The notes under the pieces: model-generated
Seen by the model: the letters and a program-made list of their open reading frames with translations, nothing else
What the model was told of the DNA's origin: nothing
The model's database searches: none
From: Thermotogota bacterium
Lineage (GTDB): Bacteria > Thermotogota > Thermotogae > UBA12178
Assembly (NCBI GenBank): GCA_021161835.1
Contig: JAGGZV010000057.1
Coordinates: forward strand, 12,434-76,433
Reading direction: 5' to 3'
DNA: 64,000 nucleotides
In this document: positions 35,968 to 44,625 of the stretch, in pieces
Numbering within the stretch: position 1 is the first letter of the stretch
How the letters are laid out: the number at the start of each line of letters is the position of its first letter
Position numbers and translations under genes: made by a program

Positions 35968-38061
35968 ATGGTCGGCAAAGTGAATTTTCTGCTGGGAATA
36001 CACAATCATCAACCTGTGGGTAACTTCGAGCATGTGCTGGAAGATGCGTATCAAAGAGCTTATAAACCTTTTTTTGAAGTGTTCGAGAAGTTCGATCTTA
36101 AGTTAACGGTGCATTTCACAGGATGGCTCCTGGAATGGTTGAAGGAGAGACATCCGGAGTATCTGGATAGATTGAAGGCTCTCGTTGAAGCTGGAAGATT
36201 GGAAATAGCTACAGGTGGTTTTTATGAGCCCATAATTCCTGTAATACCTCCTGGAGACAGAATCGATCAGATAAAACTGTTAACCAAATTCGTAGAGGAT
36301 AACCTCAATTGTAGTCCCAGGGGTATGTGGCTTGCTGAGAGGATTTGGGAACCCCAAATAGCAAAAGAGCTTGCCCAAGCGGGCGTAGAGTATGTAGTGG
36401 TGGATGACAATCATTTTCACTGGGCGGGTTTGCATGATGATGAACTGGTGGGGTACTACGTAACCGAGGAAGAGGGTCATACTCTGAAGATTTTCCCTAT
36501 AAGCAAAACTCTGAGATATTTGATTCCCTTTGAACCTCCTGAAAGAGCGTTGGAGCATCTAAAGCAATTCGTGGATTCATCCGGATACAAGATGCAGGTG
36601 ATGTTCGATGATGGTGAGAAGTTCGGGTTGTGGCCTGGCACATACGAACATGTGTACAAGAAGGGGTGGTTGAAAGAATTCTTCGGTGTTCTTGAAGCAA
36701 CCGAGTGGATCGAAGTTAAGACCTTCTCCGAGTACATTGACTCTCATCCTCCTGCTGGAAGGGTTTATATACCTATATCTTCCTATGTGGAGATGACGGA
36801 GTGGGCGCTTCCAAGTCGTGCACGCGAAAAGTTCGAGAATTTGCTCGAAGACCTCAAAAACAGAGGAGAAATGGAAAAATACGGAATGTTCTTGAAGGGT
36901 GGGATATGGCGCTCTTTTCTGGCCAAGTATACGGAAGCCAATTTGATGCATAAGAAGATGTTGTACGTCGGGAAGAAGATCGAAGAGTGTGAAAACGAAC
37001 AGAAGAAAAGGGAGGCACGAAAGTATTATTTCATGGGTCAGGCGAATGATGCATACTGGCATGGTGTTTTCGGAGGTTTATATCTTCCCCATCTTCGTGA
37101 AGCGATCTTCTCCAATCTTATAAAAGCGGAAACTTTGCTGGATGGAGAAAGCAGCAAGGTCATCAACCTGGATGTGGATTGCGATGGTAGTGACGAAATA
37201 GTTGTGGAAACTCCGTACTACAGCTTTTATCTGGATCCTGACTATGGTGGGAGAATAATTGAGCTCGACTACAGAACAAGGTACGTGAACATCCTCAACA
37301 ATCTCACAAGACGTTATGAACCTTATCACAGGAAGTTAAGAGAAGCAGTAACGGCTGAGGAGTTGACGAGATCCGGGACCACAAAAACCATACATGATGT
37401 GATACTCGCCAGGGAGGAAGGTCTGGAGAAACTTCTTGCTTACGATTGGTATGAGCGATACGCTATGATCGACCATTTCCTTGGATGGGATACCACCCTT
37501 GATAAATTTGAAAGATGCGAGTATTCCGAGCAAGGTGATTTTGTGAATCAGCCTTACAGAGTGTTGAAATGTTCGGAAAAGGAGATCGTGTTGAAGCGCG
37601 ATGGACACGTCTGGGTGGATTCGAATTGGGTTCCGATTTCACTTGAAAAAAGGTTGAGCTTGAAGGATAGAGGTTTCAGGGTGACGTATATAATCGGCAA
37701 CGGATGGACGTATCCTGTGGAATTGTGGTTCAGTGTAGAGAACAATGTTAGCCTGCTGGCTCCCAATGCTCCTGACAGGTACTACACCGCCGATGGACGA
37801 AAGGTGGGTACCATGAGCTCCCGTGGGACGGTGAAGGCCAGGGTCTTTGGTGTGACGGACGAATACAGAAAGGTGTCCTTCAAAGTGGTGACAACTTCTC
37901 CTGTGGAACACTGGTATTTTCCGGTTTACACTGTTTCATACTCGGAAGCGGGGTTCGAAAAAGTCTATCAGTGTTCCAGTATTTCAACACACTTCAGGAT
38001 CGCGCTGGAACCCGGGGAATTCGAAACCCTGGAATTTTTCGTGCGTCTGGATGAAATTTGA
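35968..38061 (+). CDS. GH57-family 4-alpha-glucanotransferase / alpha-amylase (Thermococcus-type)
   Basis: GH57 signatures are present: NFLLGIHNHQPVGNF, ...GGFYEPI..., ...FDDGEKFGLWPGT... and ...AYWHGVFGGLYLPHLR. The 697-aa length fits the archaeal 4-alpha-glucanotransferase type. Confidence 0.85.
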   Translation: MVGKVNFLLGIHNHQPVGNFEHVLEDAYQRAYKPFFEVFEKFDLKLTVHFTGWLLEWLKERHPEYLDRLKALVEAGRLEIATGGFYEPIIPVIPPGDRIDQIKLLTKFVEDNLNCSPRGMWLAERIWEPQIAKELAQAGVEYVVVDDNHFHWAGLHDDELVGYYVTEEEGHTLKIFPISKTLRYLIPFEPPERALEHLKQFVDSSGYKMQVMFDDGEKFGLWPGTYEHVYKKGWLKEFFGVLEATEWIEVKTFSEYIDSHPPAGRVYIPISSYVEMTEWALPSRAREKFENLLEDLKNRGEMEKYGMFLKGGIWRSFLAKYTEANLMHKKMLYVGKKIEECENEQKKREARKYYFMGQANDAYWHGVFGGLYLPHLREAIFSNLIKAETLLDGESSKVINLDVDCDGSDEIVVETPYYSFYLDPDYGGRIIELDYRTRYVNILNNLTRRYEPYHRKLREAVTAEELTRSGTTKTIHDVILAREEGLEKLLAYDWYERYAMIDHFLGWDTTLDKFERCEYSEQGDFVNQPYRVLKCSEKEIVLKRDGHVWVDSNWVPISLEKRLSLKDRGFRVTYIIGNGWTYPVELWFSVENNVSLLAPNAPDRYYTADGRKVGTMSSRGTVKARVFGVTDEYRKVSFKVVTTSPVEHWYFPVYTVSYSEAGFEKVYQCSSISTHFRIALEPGEFETLEFFVRLDEI

Positions 38062-38074
38062 GTGCACCGATTTC

Positions 38075-38584
38075 TCAGTGATGCCATGAATGGATTTTCT
38101 CAACATCCTCACGTGAGCCGATCAGGAAGCTGTTCACCACAACGGGAACATATGGTATACCTGGTAGAGGCTTTTCACAAAACATGTGGTTCCAGGTGTT
38201 GACATATATGACGATTTCTCCATCATATATTTCGAAGTTTTCTATGCCGACCCTTTTTGTATGGTGTAAATCCTTCGTTTCGAAGAAACTCGTGGCAGAG
38301 GCGTAAACGCCAGGGAAGTACACTTCGTTCTCGGAAATGAAAAAGGTTTCTACATCCTTGACGCGACCGTATTTGAAAAATCTGAAGATATCGTAGATAA
38401 AGTCAACAATGGGATTTGGGTGATCCTCATCCAGGAATACCACAGTTACTTCCATACCCTTTTCACTCACCTGGGCATACACTTCTATTATTGGATTATC
38501 CATATCGAAGGTTGGAACCATGAATATCAGAGCATATCCCTGTACAATGAGCAGGATGAAGATCAGCGTTGTAAACCATCTCAT
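38075..38584 (-). CDS. Hypothetical protein with an N-terminal signal/anchor
   Basis: The 169-aa ORF has an N-terminal TM segment (MRWFTTLIFILLIVQGYALIF). Its ATG overlaps the yraN stop in an ATGA arrangement. I recognise no family. Confidence 0.55.
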   Translation of the reverse strand: MRWFTTLIFILLIVQGYALIFMVPTFDMDNPIIEVYAQVSEKGMEVTVVFLDEDHPNPIVDFIYDIFRFFKYGRVKDVETFFISENEVYFPGVYASATSFFETKDLHHTKRVGIENFEIYDGEIVIYVNTWNHMFCEKPLPGIPYVPVVVNSFLIGSREDVEKIHSWHH

Positions 38585-38928
38585 GGATGTATCCCCTCGT
38601 GATGCACAACCTTTTTTCCCACTATTTCTATAAAATCGTACCTTATGTTTTCAAAATCGAGACGATGGAACTTAAGAAAACGATGAGCGGTGAGCTGAAT
38701 TTTTCTCAATTTGCTGCTGTCCATCTTCTGCCGGATTTTTGAAGGGTCATTTCCGCCCTTAACTTCCACAAACACCAATGTCCTACCTTTCATAGCCACC
38801 ATATCTATTTCACCGTAACGCCATCTGAAGTTCCGCGCGATTACCCTGTAACCCTTCGATTTTAGATATCTCTCCGCTATTTCTTCGTATCTTCCGCCTT
38901 TCTCACGTGTATTCCCGGGACCTTTAAT
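38581..38928 (-). CDS. yraN: YraN/UPF0102 family endonuclease-like protein, probable ATT start
   Basis: The ORF-track piece (from Met 38802) carries only the ...LVFVEVKGG... half of the family. The frame stays open 42 codons further upstream, encoding [49 protein letters not shown] lies 7 nt before ATT 38928-38926. Confidence 0.7.
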   Translation of the reverse strand: MKGPGNTREKGGRYEEIAERYLKSKGYRVIARNFRWRYGEIDMVAMKGRTLVFVEVKGGNDPSKIRQKMDSSKLRKIQLTAHRFLKFHRLDFENIRYDFIEIVGKKVVHHEGIHP

Positions 38929-39194
38929 AGTCCATCCTCCTTATCTGGAAAAGCTTTCACCAGATCCATGTAATTTTCGAATTTCTTCGGTGCATCATCC
39001 CGGGGATCGTTATCGAACTCCACAGGCGTGAACATTGGTTCCACTTTTTCCACGGGAATTTCATCCAGTATCTTCATGTAATTCAGGATATCGTTCAGAT
39101 CTTTGCGAAGTTTCTCACGTTCCTCCTCTTTCAGAGAAAGACGTGCCAGATGTTCTATCCTTTCGAACAGTTTTCTGTCCACCAGCACCTTCAT
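38877..39194 (-). CDS. gatC: Asp/Glu-tRNA amidotransferase subunit C
   Basis: The protein reads [46 protein letters not shown]. The start ATG is 7 nt after GGAGGTG. Confidence 0.9.
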   Translation of the reverse strand: MKVLVDRKLFERIEHLARLSLKEEEREKLRKDLNDILNYMKILDEIPVEKVEPMFTPVEFDNDPRDDAPKKFENYMDLVKAFPDKEDGLLKVPGIHVRKAEDTKK

Positions 39195-39417
39195 TCCTGG
39201 CACCTCCAAATACCTGCGACACACCCTTTAAACTGACAGAAGCCGCTTCTACGTTCTCACGCTTTATGGCTTCATATATCTCTTTTCTGTATATCTTAAC
39301 ATCTTTTGGTGCATTGATTCCCACCTTAACTGAAGATCCTTCTATTTTAAGTATTATGATCTCTATTTTGTCATCTATTATGATGCTTTCATTTACCTTT
39401 CTGCTCAACACCAGCAC
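39115..39417 (-). CDS. csrA: Carbon storage regulator CsrA with a long C-terminal extension
   Basis: The N-terminus reads (M)[47 protein letters not shown]. The ORF does not stop until 39115, which is 80 nt inside gatC. Confidence 0.85.
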   Translation of the reverse strand: MLVLSRKVNESIIIDDKIEIIILKIEGSSVKVGINAPKDVKIYRKEIYEAIKRENVEAASVSLKGVSQVFGGARNEGAGGQKTVRKDRTSGTSFSERGGT

Positions 39418-39886
39418 GTGTTTTCCCACCTTCTGCCATGATCCGCCTGCTTCTCTCCATCTCGTCAGCTATTCTGTGTCTTATACTGTAATCACCCGTT
39501 TCAAGTATAACCTGCTTTCCTATCCTCTTCCTGTAGTTTATCACTATGGGTGCCAGAAGGTTTATGGTGGAATCCTCAGGTCTGTCGTGGGGTATCACCA
39601 CTATACACACCACAAGAGCGTCTGCGGGATCTTCAAGTTTCAGGAACTTCTTGTCGGCTTCGGATATTTCAACCATGTAATCTACTCTAACCATCCAGGG
39701 ATCTATTACCGGTAAGGCAACGTTCGAATCTTCGAGCGATACCAGCCACTTTATCGGATCGGTTCTTTCATCATGCAGGATCGAAAATTTCCGAAGTTTT
39801 TCAAATCCTGGTATTCCTTCGGGAAATTCAACTACATCTCCTTCGGAGATCTCGAACTCACCTATACGAGTCTTGTAAATGGCCAA
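39389..39886 (-). CDS. fliW: Flagellar assembly factor FliW
   Basis: The protein reads ...[17 protein letters not shown]...NLLAPIVIN... and is 165 aa. It is adjacent to csrA, the canonical partner pair. Confidence 0.9.
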   Translation of the reverse strand: MAIYKTRIGEFEISEGDVVEFPEGIPGFEKLRKFSILHDERTDPIKWLVSLEDSNVALPVIDPWMVRVDYMVEISEADKKFLKLEDPADALVVCIVVIPHDRPEDSTINLLAPIVINYRKRIGKQVILETGDYSIRHRIADEMERSRRIMAEGGKTRAGVEQKGK

Positions 39887-39896
39887 AATACATCAC

Positions 39897-40802
39897 CTAC
39901 CTCAGAAAATCGAGTAAACTGGGTTGCATAACCTGTGCTGCGCTCTTCAACGCTGCTTGCAGGGTAGCCTGCTTCATGGCAAGTTTGGAGACCACTTCGG
40001 TGATATCCGTGTCCTGTTCCTTCGACAGGACTTCCGTGGTGTACACGTCAAGGTCCTTCAACCTGTCGGAAGCGAAATCGAGTATTCTGCTCACAGCTCC
40101 GATCTTCGCAAAGGCTTCCATAACAGTATTCAGTGCTTTATCTACTGCTTCTATATCCACAGTGTTCAGCAACGTCCCAGCTTCTTCCGGGGAACGGAGA
40201 TGCTGGATCATTCTGTCTATGGCGTCGAAAACAGAATCTCCACTCTTGGTAATGAACAGTTCGCTTGCCAGAATGGTATATTCGATGTTTCTACCGAAGA
40301 CGTCTATTTTCAAGTTGCGTGTGTCTGGTGTTAGCACCACCTTATATCTTCCATCTTCATCTTTGATAACGGGAGGAATGTCGGAGGACGTACCACCGAA
40401 TAGATACTTTCCTCCTACCTTGGTATTGGCAATGGTGGCTATATGCTCCTTTATCCTTTCCAGCTCCTCCATTATTGCTTTTCTATCTGCTTCGGATATG
40501 GTTCCTGTTGAAGCCTGTACCATAAGTTCCTTGACTCTGTGCAAAACTGAGGAGTATTCCTGTAAAGCGCTGTCGAAGTATCCAACATGGTTTCGAGCGG
40601 TGTCTATGTCACGTTCCTGCTGTTTGAATTCCCTCAATCGCGCGTTGAAATTGGAAACCCTGAAGGCCACGACGGAATCATCTGAGGGATACTGTACCCT
40701 CACTCCACTGGAAAGCTGGTCCTGCAACTTTCCGAAGTTTCTGAGTATCCTGCTCAGATTCCATTGCACCCTGTCGTTTATCATATTTCTGGTTATGCGC
40801 AT
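39897..40802 (-). CDS. flgL: Flagellar hook-associated protein 3 FlgL
   Basis: The protein has a flagellin-like N-terminus (MRITRNMINDRVQWNLSR...LSSGVRVQYPSDD) and C-terminus. The ORF is 301 aa. Confidence 0.88.
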   Translation of the reverse strand: MRITRNMINDRVQWNLSRILRNFGKLQDQLSSGVRVQYPSDDSVVAFRVSNFNARLREFKQQERDIDTARNHVGYFDSALQEYSSVLHRVKELMVQASTGTISEADRKAIMEELERIKEHIATIANTKVGGKYLFGGTSSDIPPVIKDEDGRYKVVLTPDTRNLKIDVFGRNIEYTILASELFITKSGDSVFDAIDRMIQHLRSPEEAGTLLNTVDIEAVDKALNTVMEAFAKIGAVSRILDFASDRLKDLDVYTTEVLSKEQDTDITEVVSKLAMKQATLQAALKSAAQVMQPSLLDFLR

Positions 40803-40808
40803 CTTTCA

Positions 40809-43800
40809 TCACCTACCCACAACACCCAGATGGTCTATTATGCGTCCTATCATTTCGTCCACTGCACTTATCACCCGTGCCGAAGCGTTGAAAGCATGTT
40901 GATACCTTATCATATTTCCCATTTCTTCGTCTATAGATACACCCTTTACTCTTTCACGTTCATAATCTATCTGTTTTTTCATAGCTTCTGCATTCGTCTT
41001 CAAGTTTCTGGCTGTTTCGCCTTCAACGCCCAGTTCCGCAACCATGTTTCCAAAGAACTCGCCCATGCTCTCTTTGCCATCCTGGAGATATCCTTTTTCT
41101 TTCAGGTCCACCAGCTCCAGTATTCCGTCCGTGCTGGACGCTCCCACAGGAACAACCGTATCCACGACCCAATCACCATTGAGGTCCACCGCTTTTCCGA
41201 GGTCCACACCCAGCGAGGATGGTGATTGTGCAACTGCCACGTTCATCGTTACGTTTCCCGTTATCCCGAGTGTTGAAGGTATCTCCAGGATGTCCGCTAC
41301 TTTCAAATTCTCTATCATCCTATCGTACTCCCACGTTGGATCTATGAGAGTTTCCAGATTGGCGGTATCCCATGTGACATTTCCGTCATCTTCCAGCAGT
41401 CCAGCTTTCTCCAGGAATTCACGTGGTGCTTCTATGCTGAAGTTCTTCAGGTCGAAATTGCTGGATGCCCCTGCTCTCATGACCAGTTTGCCGTGCGGTG
41501 AAAGATCGGCCAGCAATCCCGTCGAGAGAGTGTTCAACTTGTCCACCAGATTTTTCATATCGTCCAGCGCAGGGTTTATTTCAACGGGAGAGGAATTTAT
41601 CACTATGTTGAAACCACTTTTTCTTATTTCTTCCCTGGTTGAGCCTTCGTACGAGAATCCCATATTGTCGTACTCATTCACAGCATGATCGGAGTAGCCA
41701 AGTCTCATAATGTAGTAGCCGTTGAAAACGCCTGCATCATCTGAGTTCACGACCATGGCAATGTTGTCAAAACTGTAATCTACATTTCTCAAAGGGACCA
41801 GCCTCAAAATGTTGCCATCCGTCCATGCCTGAACTTTGTTGCTCCAAGAAGCCAGTTGCGTGTTTATTTCATCTACCAATTCTGACAGCGTGTTGATGCC
41901 ACTTAAATCTATGTTCACCGTTATATTGGAACCATCGGTTTTGTCTTCAAGATAGAAGTTCAACGTGCCAGATCCCAGTGTCGGTGGTGTACCCTGGTAA
42001 TCCACTTCGAGATAACTTGCCGAATGAAGATCCAGTAAATTTTCAAGAGTTTTGACACTGTCGGTATCCAGGGCCTGAAGTGTCTGTGTTTCAGCACCAA
42101 CCAGTGTCAGGAGTCCATCGGTATCTACTATTTCCAGCCCATCGAGATCGTGCATGTAATGCCCAAATTCATCGGTGTACATGGGTATCAAATGCACGAA
42201 ATCCACATTTCCATCCTGGTCGTCATCCACTTCAACCACTTTCAGGAAGTTGAAAGACTTCAAAGCTTCGGCGAAAGAATCGAAATCGCTGGACAGCGTC
42301 AAATCCACCACTTCTCTTTCATCCCTTATCTTGTTTTTGACAATGATGCTGAAAGATCTCCCGACGTAATCCGACACGAAACGTTCATATTTTTCTCTGG
42401 TTATGGTTATCACATCCTGGGATCTCACGGGTAGTCCCAAAGCTTCCAGCGTTCCTCCGGCTGTATCCACTATGAGATGACCTTCGAAGGAAAGAGGGGA
42501 GTACAGATAAAATCTATAATTCGTTGACTCATAGTTTTCATATCCGGCACGCAACCACCTATACCATTCTTTAGCTGGATCGTTTATGGCGTCGAGAACA
42601 TCCTGCAACGTACTGCCCGTGTCTATTGAGAGATTGTATACAGAATCGTTCGATATCAATGCCAACCTTCCTTTATCCCTGTGGAAGTTGACTATATGAC
42701 TCGATGGATCGCCGGTCAATCCCAGAAGTCCCGTAACATAACGTACGGGTCCGGAAGAAAGAGCGTTCCTTCCCATGATGCGGAACAATCTGTTGTTCTC
42801 GGAGGGGGTCGTGGCTTCTATCCCTTCCAGCATCTGTAGACCGGTTATGTTACCGCTTGCGTCGTAGCATTCCCTGTGTATCATGTTGAACGCGTCCACC
42901 ATGAATAGCATGAATTCGTCCAGCCGTTTCATAAGGGCAGGCAAGCGTTCATCACGTAGATACAGCAAAGCTTTCATTTTACCATCGTTTATGTGGAGCG
43001 GAGCGTTTCCAACCATGACGGTATATATTCCACCAGAACCTGGTGCTGTGTAAGCGTTGAGCTCCATGTATACGGAAGCACTGAGCACGGATTTATCACC
43101 TATACTCAGCAGTATCTGGCCATCAGGTTGTATCACGTACGACACATCCACGAGGTCTGAGAGTTCATCGAGCAATCTATCTCTTTCATCCATGAGGTCG
43201 TTCGGAGTGGCACCTATTATCATGGAAGATCGTATTTTTCCGTTGAGGTCCGCTAGTCGTGAAAGAATATTGTTTATCTGATCAATCCTACCTTTTATCT
43301 CCATGTTTATGTCTTCACGCAACTGCTCCAATCTTGTGTAAAAATCCTGTATGACCGTCAGAAATTCTTTGGTGGCTGAAACGAACGCTCCTTTTGCTGC
43401 AGTGTTGGTGGGATCAGCGTTTATCTCCTTGAGGGCGTTGAATATTCTGTCCAGAAGGCTTCGCATTCCAGCATCGCCAGGTTCTCCCATTAACTGTTCA
43501 ACGTAGTGTAACTGTGAAGCCATGTAATCCCAGTAGTTGTATCTGTTGTTCACCTGGCGATACTGCACGTCGAGAAACTCGTCCCGAACACGTTCAATGG
43601 TTTTCACCATCGATCCCGTGCCTATTTGTATCGGGAGTGAAGTCTGGGTCAGTGTGGCTATTGGCAGCGGAGGAGTCGGGGTTATTACAGGTCGTTGGCG
43701 CGAGAAGCCCGGTGTGCTAGCATTCGCAACATTATGAGCTACGACGTTCATGGCAAGCTTGTGCGTATAAACACCGAGCATGCCGGTGTTCAGTAGCCCA

Positions 43801-43820
43801 AACAACGTGATATCAGCCAT
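40809..43820 (-). CDS. flgK: Flagellar hook-associated protein 1 FlgK (unusually long, 1003 aa)
   Basis: The N-terminus reads LLNTGMLGVYTHKLAMNVVAHNVANASTPGFSRQ and the C-terminus ...SIDEEMGNMIRYQHAFNASARVISAVDEM. A ~500-aa central region has no motif I recognise. Confidence 0.88.
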   Translation of the reverse strand: MADITLFGLLNTGMLGVYTHKLAMNVVAHNVANASTPGFSRQRPVITPTPPLPIATLTQTSLPIQIGTGSMVKTIERVRDEFLDVQYRQVNNRYNYWDYMASQLHYVEQLMGEPGDAGMRSLLDRIFNALKEINADPTNTAAKGAFVSATKEFLTVIQDFYTRLEQLREDINMEIKGRIDQINNILSRLADLNGKIRSSMIIGATPNDLMDERDRLLDELSDLVDVSYVIQPDGQILLSIGDKSVLSASVYMELNAYTAPGSGGIYTVMVGNAPLHINDGKMKALLYLRDERLPALMKRLDEFMLFMVDAFNMIHRECYDASGNITGLQMLEGIEATTPSENNRLFRIMGRNALSSGPVRYVTGLLGLTGDPSSHIVNFHRDKGRLALISNDSVYNLSIDTGSTLQDVLDAINDPAKEWYRWLRAGYENYESTNYRFYLYSPLSFEGHLIVDTAGGTLEALGLPVRSQDVITITREKYERFVSDYVGRSFSIIVKNKIRDEREVVDLTLSSDFDSFAEALKSFNFLKVVEVDDDQDGNVDFVHLIPMYTDEFGHYMHDLDGLEIVDTDGLLTLVGAETQTLQALDTDSVKTLENLLDLHSASYLEVDYQGTPPTLGSGTLNFYLEDKTDGSNITVNIDLSGINTLSELVDEINTQLASWSNKVQAWTDGNILRLVPLRNVDYSFDNIAMVVNSDDAGVFNGYYIMRLGYSDHAVNEYDNMGFSYEGSTREEIRKSGFNIVINSSPVEINPALDDMKNLVDKLNTLSTGLLADLSPHGKLVMRAGASSNFDLKNFSIEAPREFLEKAGLLEDDGNVTWDTANLETLIDPTWEYDRMIENLKVADILEIPSTLGITGNVTMNVAVAQSPSSLGVDLGKAVDLNGDWVVDTVVPVGASSTDGILELVDLKEKGYLQDGKESMGEFFGNMVAELGVEGETARNLKTNAEAMKKQIDYERERVKGVSIDEEMGNMIRYQHAFNASARVISAVDEMIGRIIDHLGVVGR

Positions 43821-44286
43821 GCCAGCCCCCCTCGTGAGATTCGAATTTCACATCGCGGGTTCGGGCATCGTAAACGTGAGGAGTTGCGTTGATGAGACCT
43901 TTGAAGATGGTATCTATATACTCCAGTTCGAAATTTATCATGTTTTCTATTCCTCTGTTTATGAGCCATATCTCGTTGGTTATCTCCAACATCCTTGCTA
44001 CCCTGAAAAGCACCTTTTCTTTTTCTTCTTCATCCAGTGTGTCGAGTAGTTCACTTACAGTTTTCACAGTTTTCATACCGCGTTCCTTTGCGAATTTTTC
44101 CAGTAATTTTTCTCTGCGCTTTTCCAGCGTGCTCACTTCCTGGAGTTTGTTCTCTTCTTTGAGAGTAATGTTTTCCAGGAGCTGGAAATCTCGCGCTACA
44201 ATCGTCTCGCGCTTTTCCTTCAATATACCAACGAGTTCTTCAAGAAGTTTTATCTCCTCGTCCAAAACACCAATAATCTCGTTCAA
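43813..44286 (-). CDS. flgN: FlgN-like flagellar chaperone
   Basis: The coiled-coil protein (...LDEEIKLLEELVGILKEKRETIVARDFQLLENI...) sits between flgM and flgK. The start is ambiguous: TTG 44286 after GGGAG, or ATG 44337 inside flgM. Confidence 0.65.
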   Translation of the reverse strand: MNEIIGVLDEEIKLLEELVGILKEKRETIVARDFQLLENITLKEENKLQEVSTLEKRREKLLEKFAKERGMKTVKTVSELLDTLDEEEKEKVLFRVARMLEITNEIWLINRGIENMINFELEYIDTIFKGLINATPHVYDARTRDVKFESHEGGWHG

Positions 44287-44293
44287 GATATCA

Positions 44294-44566
44294 CTACTCC
44301 CATTCTTCCAGTATCTTTCTGGCGAGTCGCTCTGCATCCACCACGTATATTCCCTTTTCTAGAGCTTCACGCAGTTGCTCCACCAGTTCGGTTCTAATCT
44401 CTTCGGAATCTCGTGCCATACGTACCAGCTCTTCAACCTTCTTGGTTTCACCGATTTCCAGTGATTCCGAGCGTATCTTTTCCTTCTCTTTTAATTTTTC
44501 CTTGGAAGAGGGTTCTATTCCTTTTCCACCTTGTGTGGGCCTTATGGGGCCAATTCCATCGATCAC
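44294..44566 (-). CDS. flgM: Anti-sigma-28 factor FlgM
   Basis: The 90-aa ORF has a C-terminal ...IRTELVEQLREALEKGIYVVDAERLARKIL motif. The start is GTG, 7 nt after AAAGGGGTG. Confidence 0.8.
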   Translation of the reverse strand: MIDGIGPIRPTQGGKGIEPSSKEKLKEKEKIRSESLEIGETKKVEELVRMARDSEEIRTELVEQLREALEKGIYVVDAERLARKILEEWE

Positions 44567-44598
44567 GGTATCACACCCCTTTCATTCTTCCTAAAGGA

Positions 44599-44625
44599 TT
44601 ATCGACTCACCATTTCCGAACTTGA
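44599..44625 (-). promoter_or_regulatory. Sigma-28 (FliA)-type promoter TCAAGTTC-N11-GTCGATAA upstream of flgM
   Basis: The element matches TAAAGTTT-N11-GCCGATAA at 6/8 and 7/8 positions with exact spacing. Its -10 box overlaps the rluD stop codon, 33 nt upstream of the flgM start. Confidence 0.6.

Noticed and set aside
35152-36054. A 300-aa minus-strand ORF spanning remA, gmk and the GH57 start
   Set aside because: It is antisense to three strongly supported genes, has implausible composition, and crosses two intergenic junctions.
39976-40902. A 308-aa ORF on the plus strand, antisense to flgL and the flgK 3' end
   Set aside because: It is Ser/Leu/Thr-rich low-complexity sequence typical of the reverse frame of a flagellin-like gene, and it has no start context.
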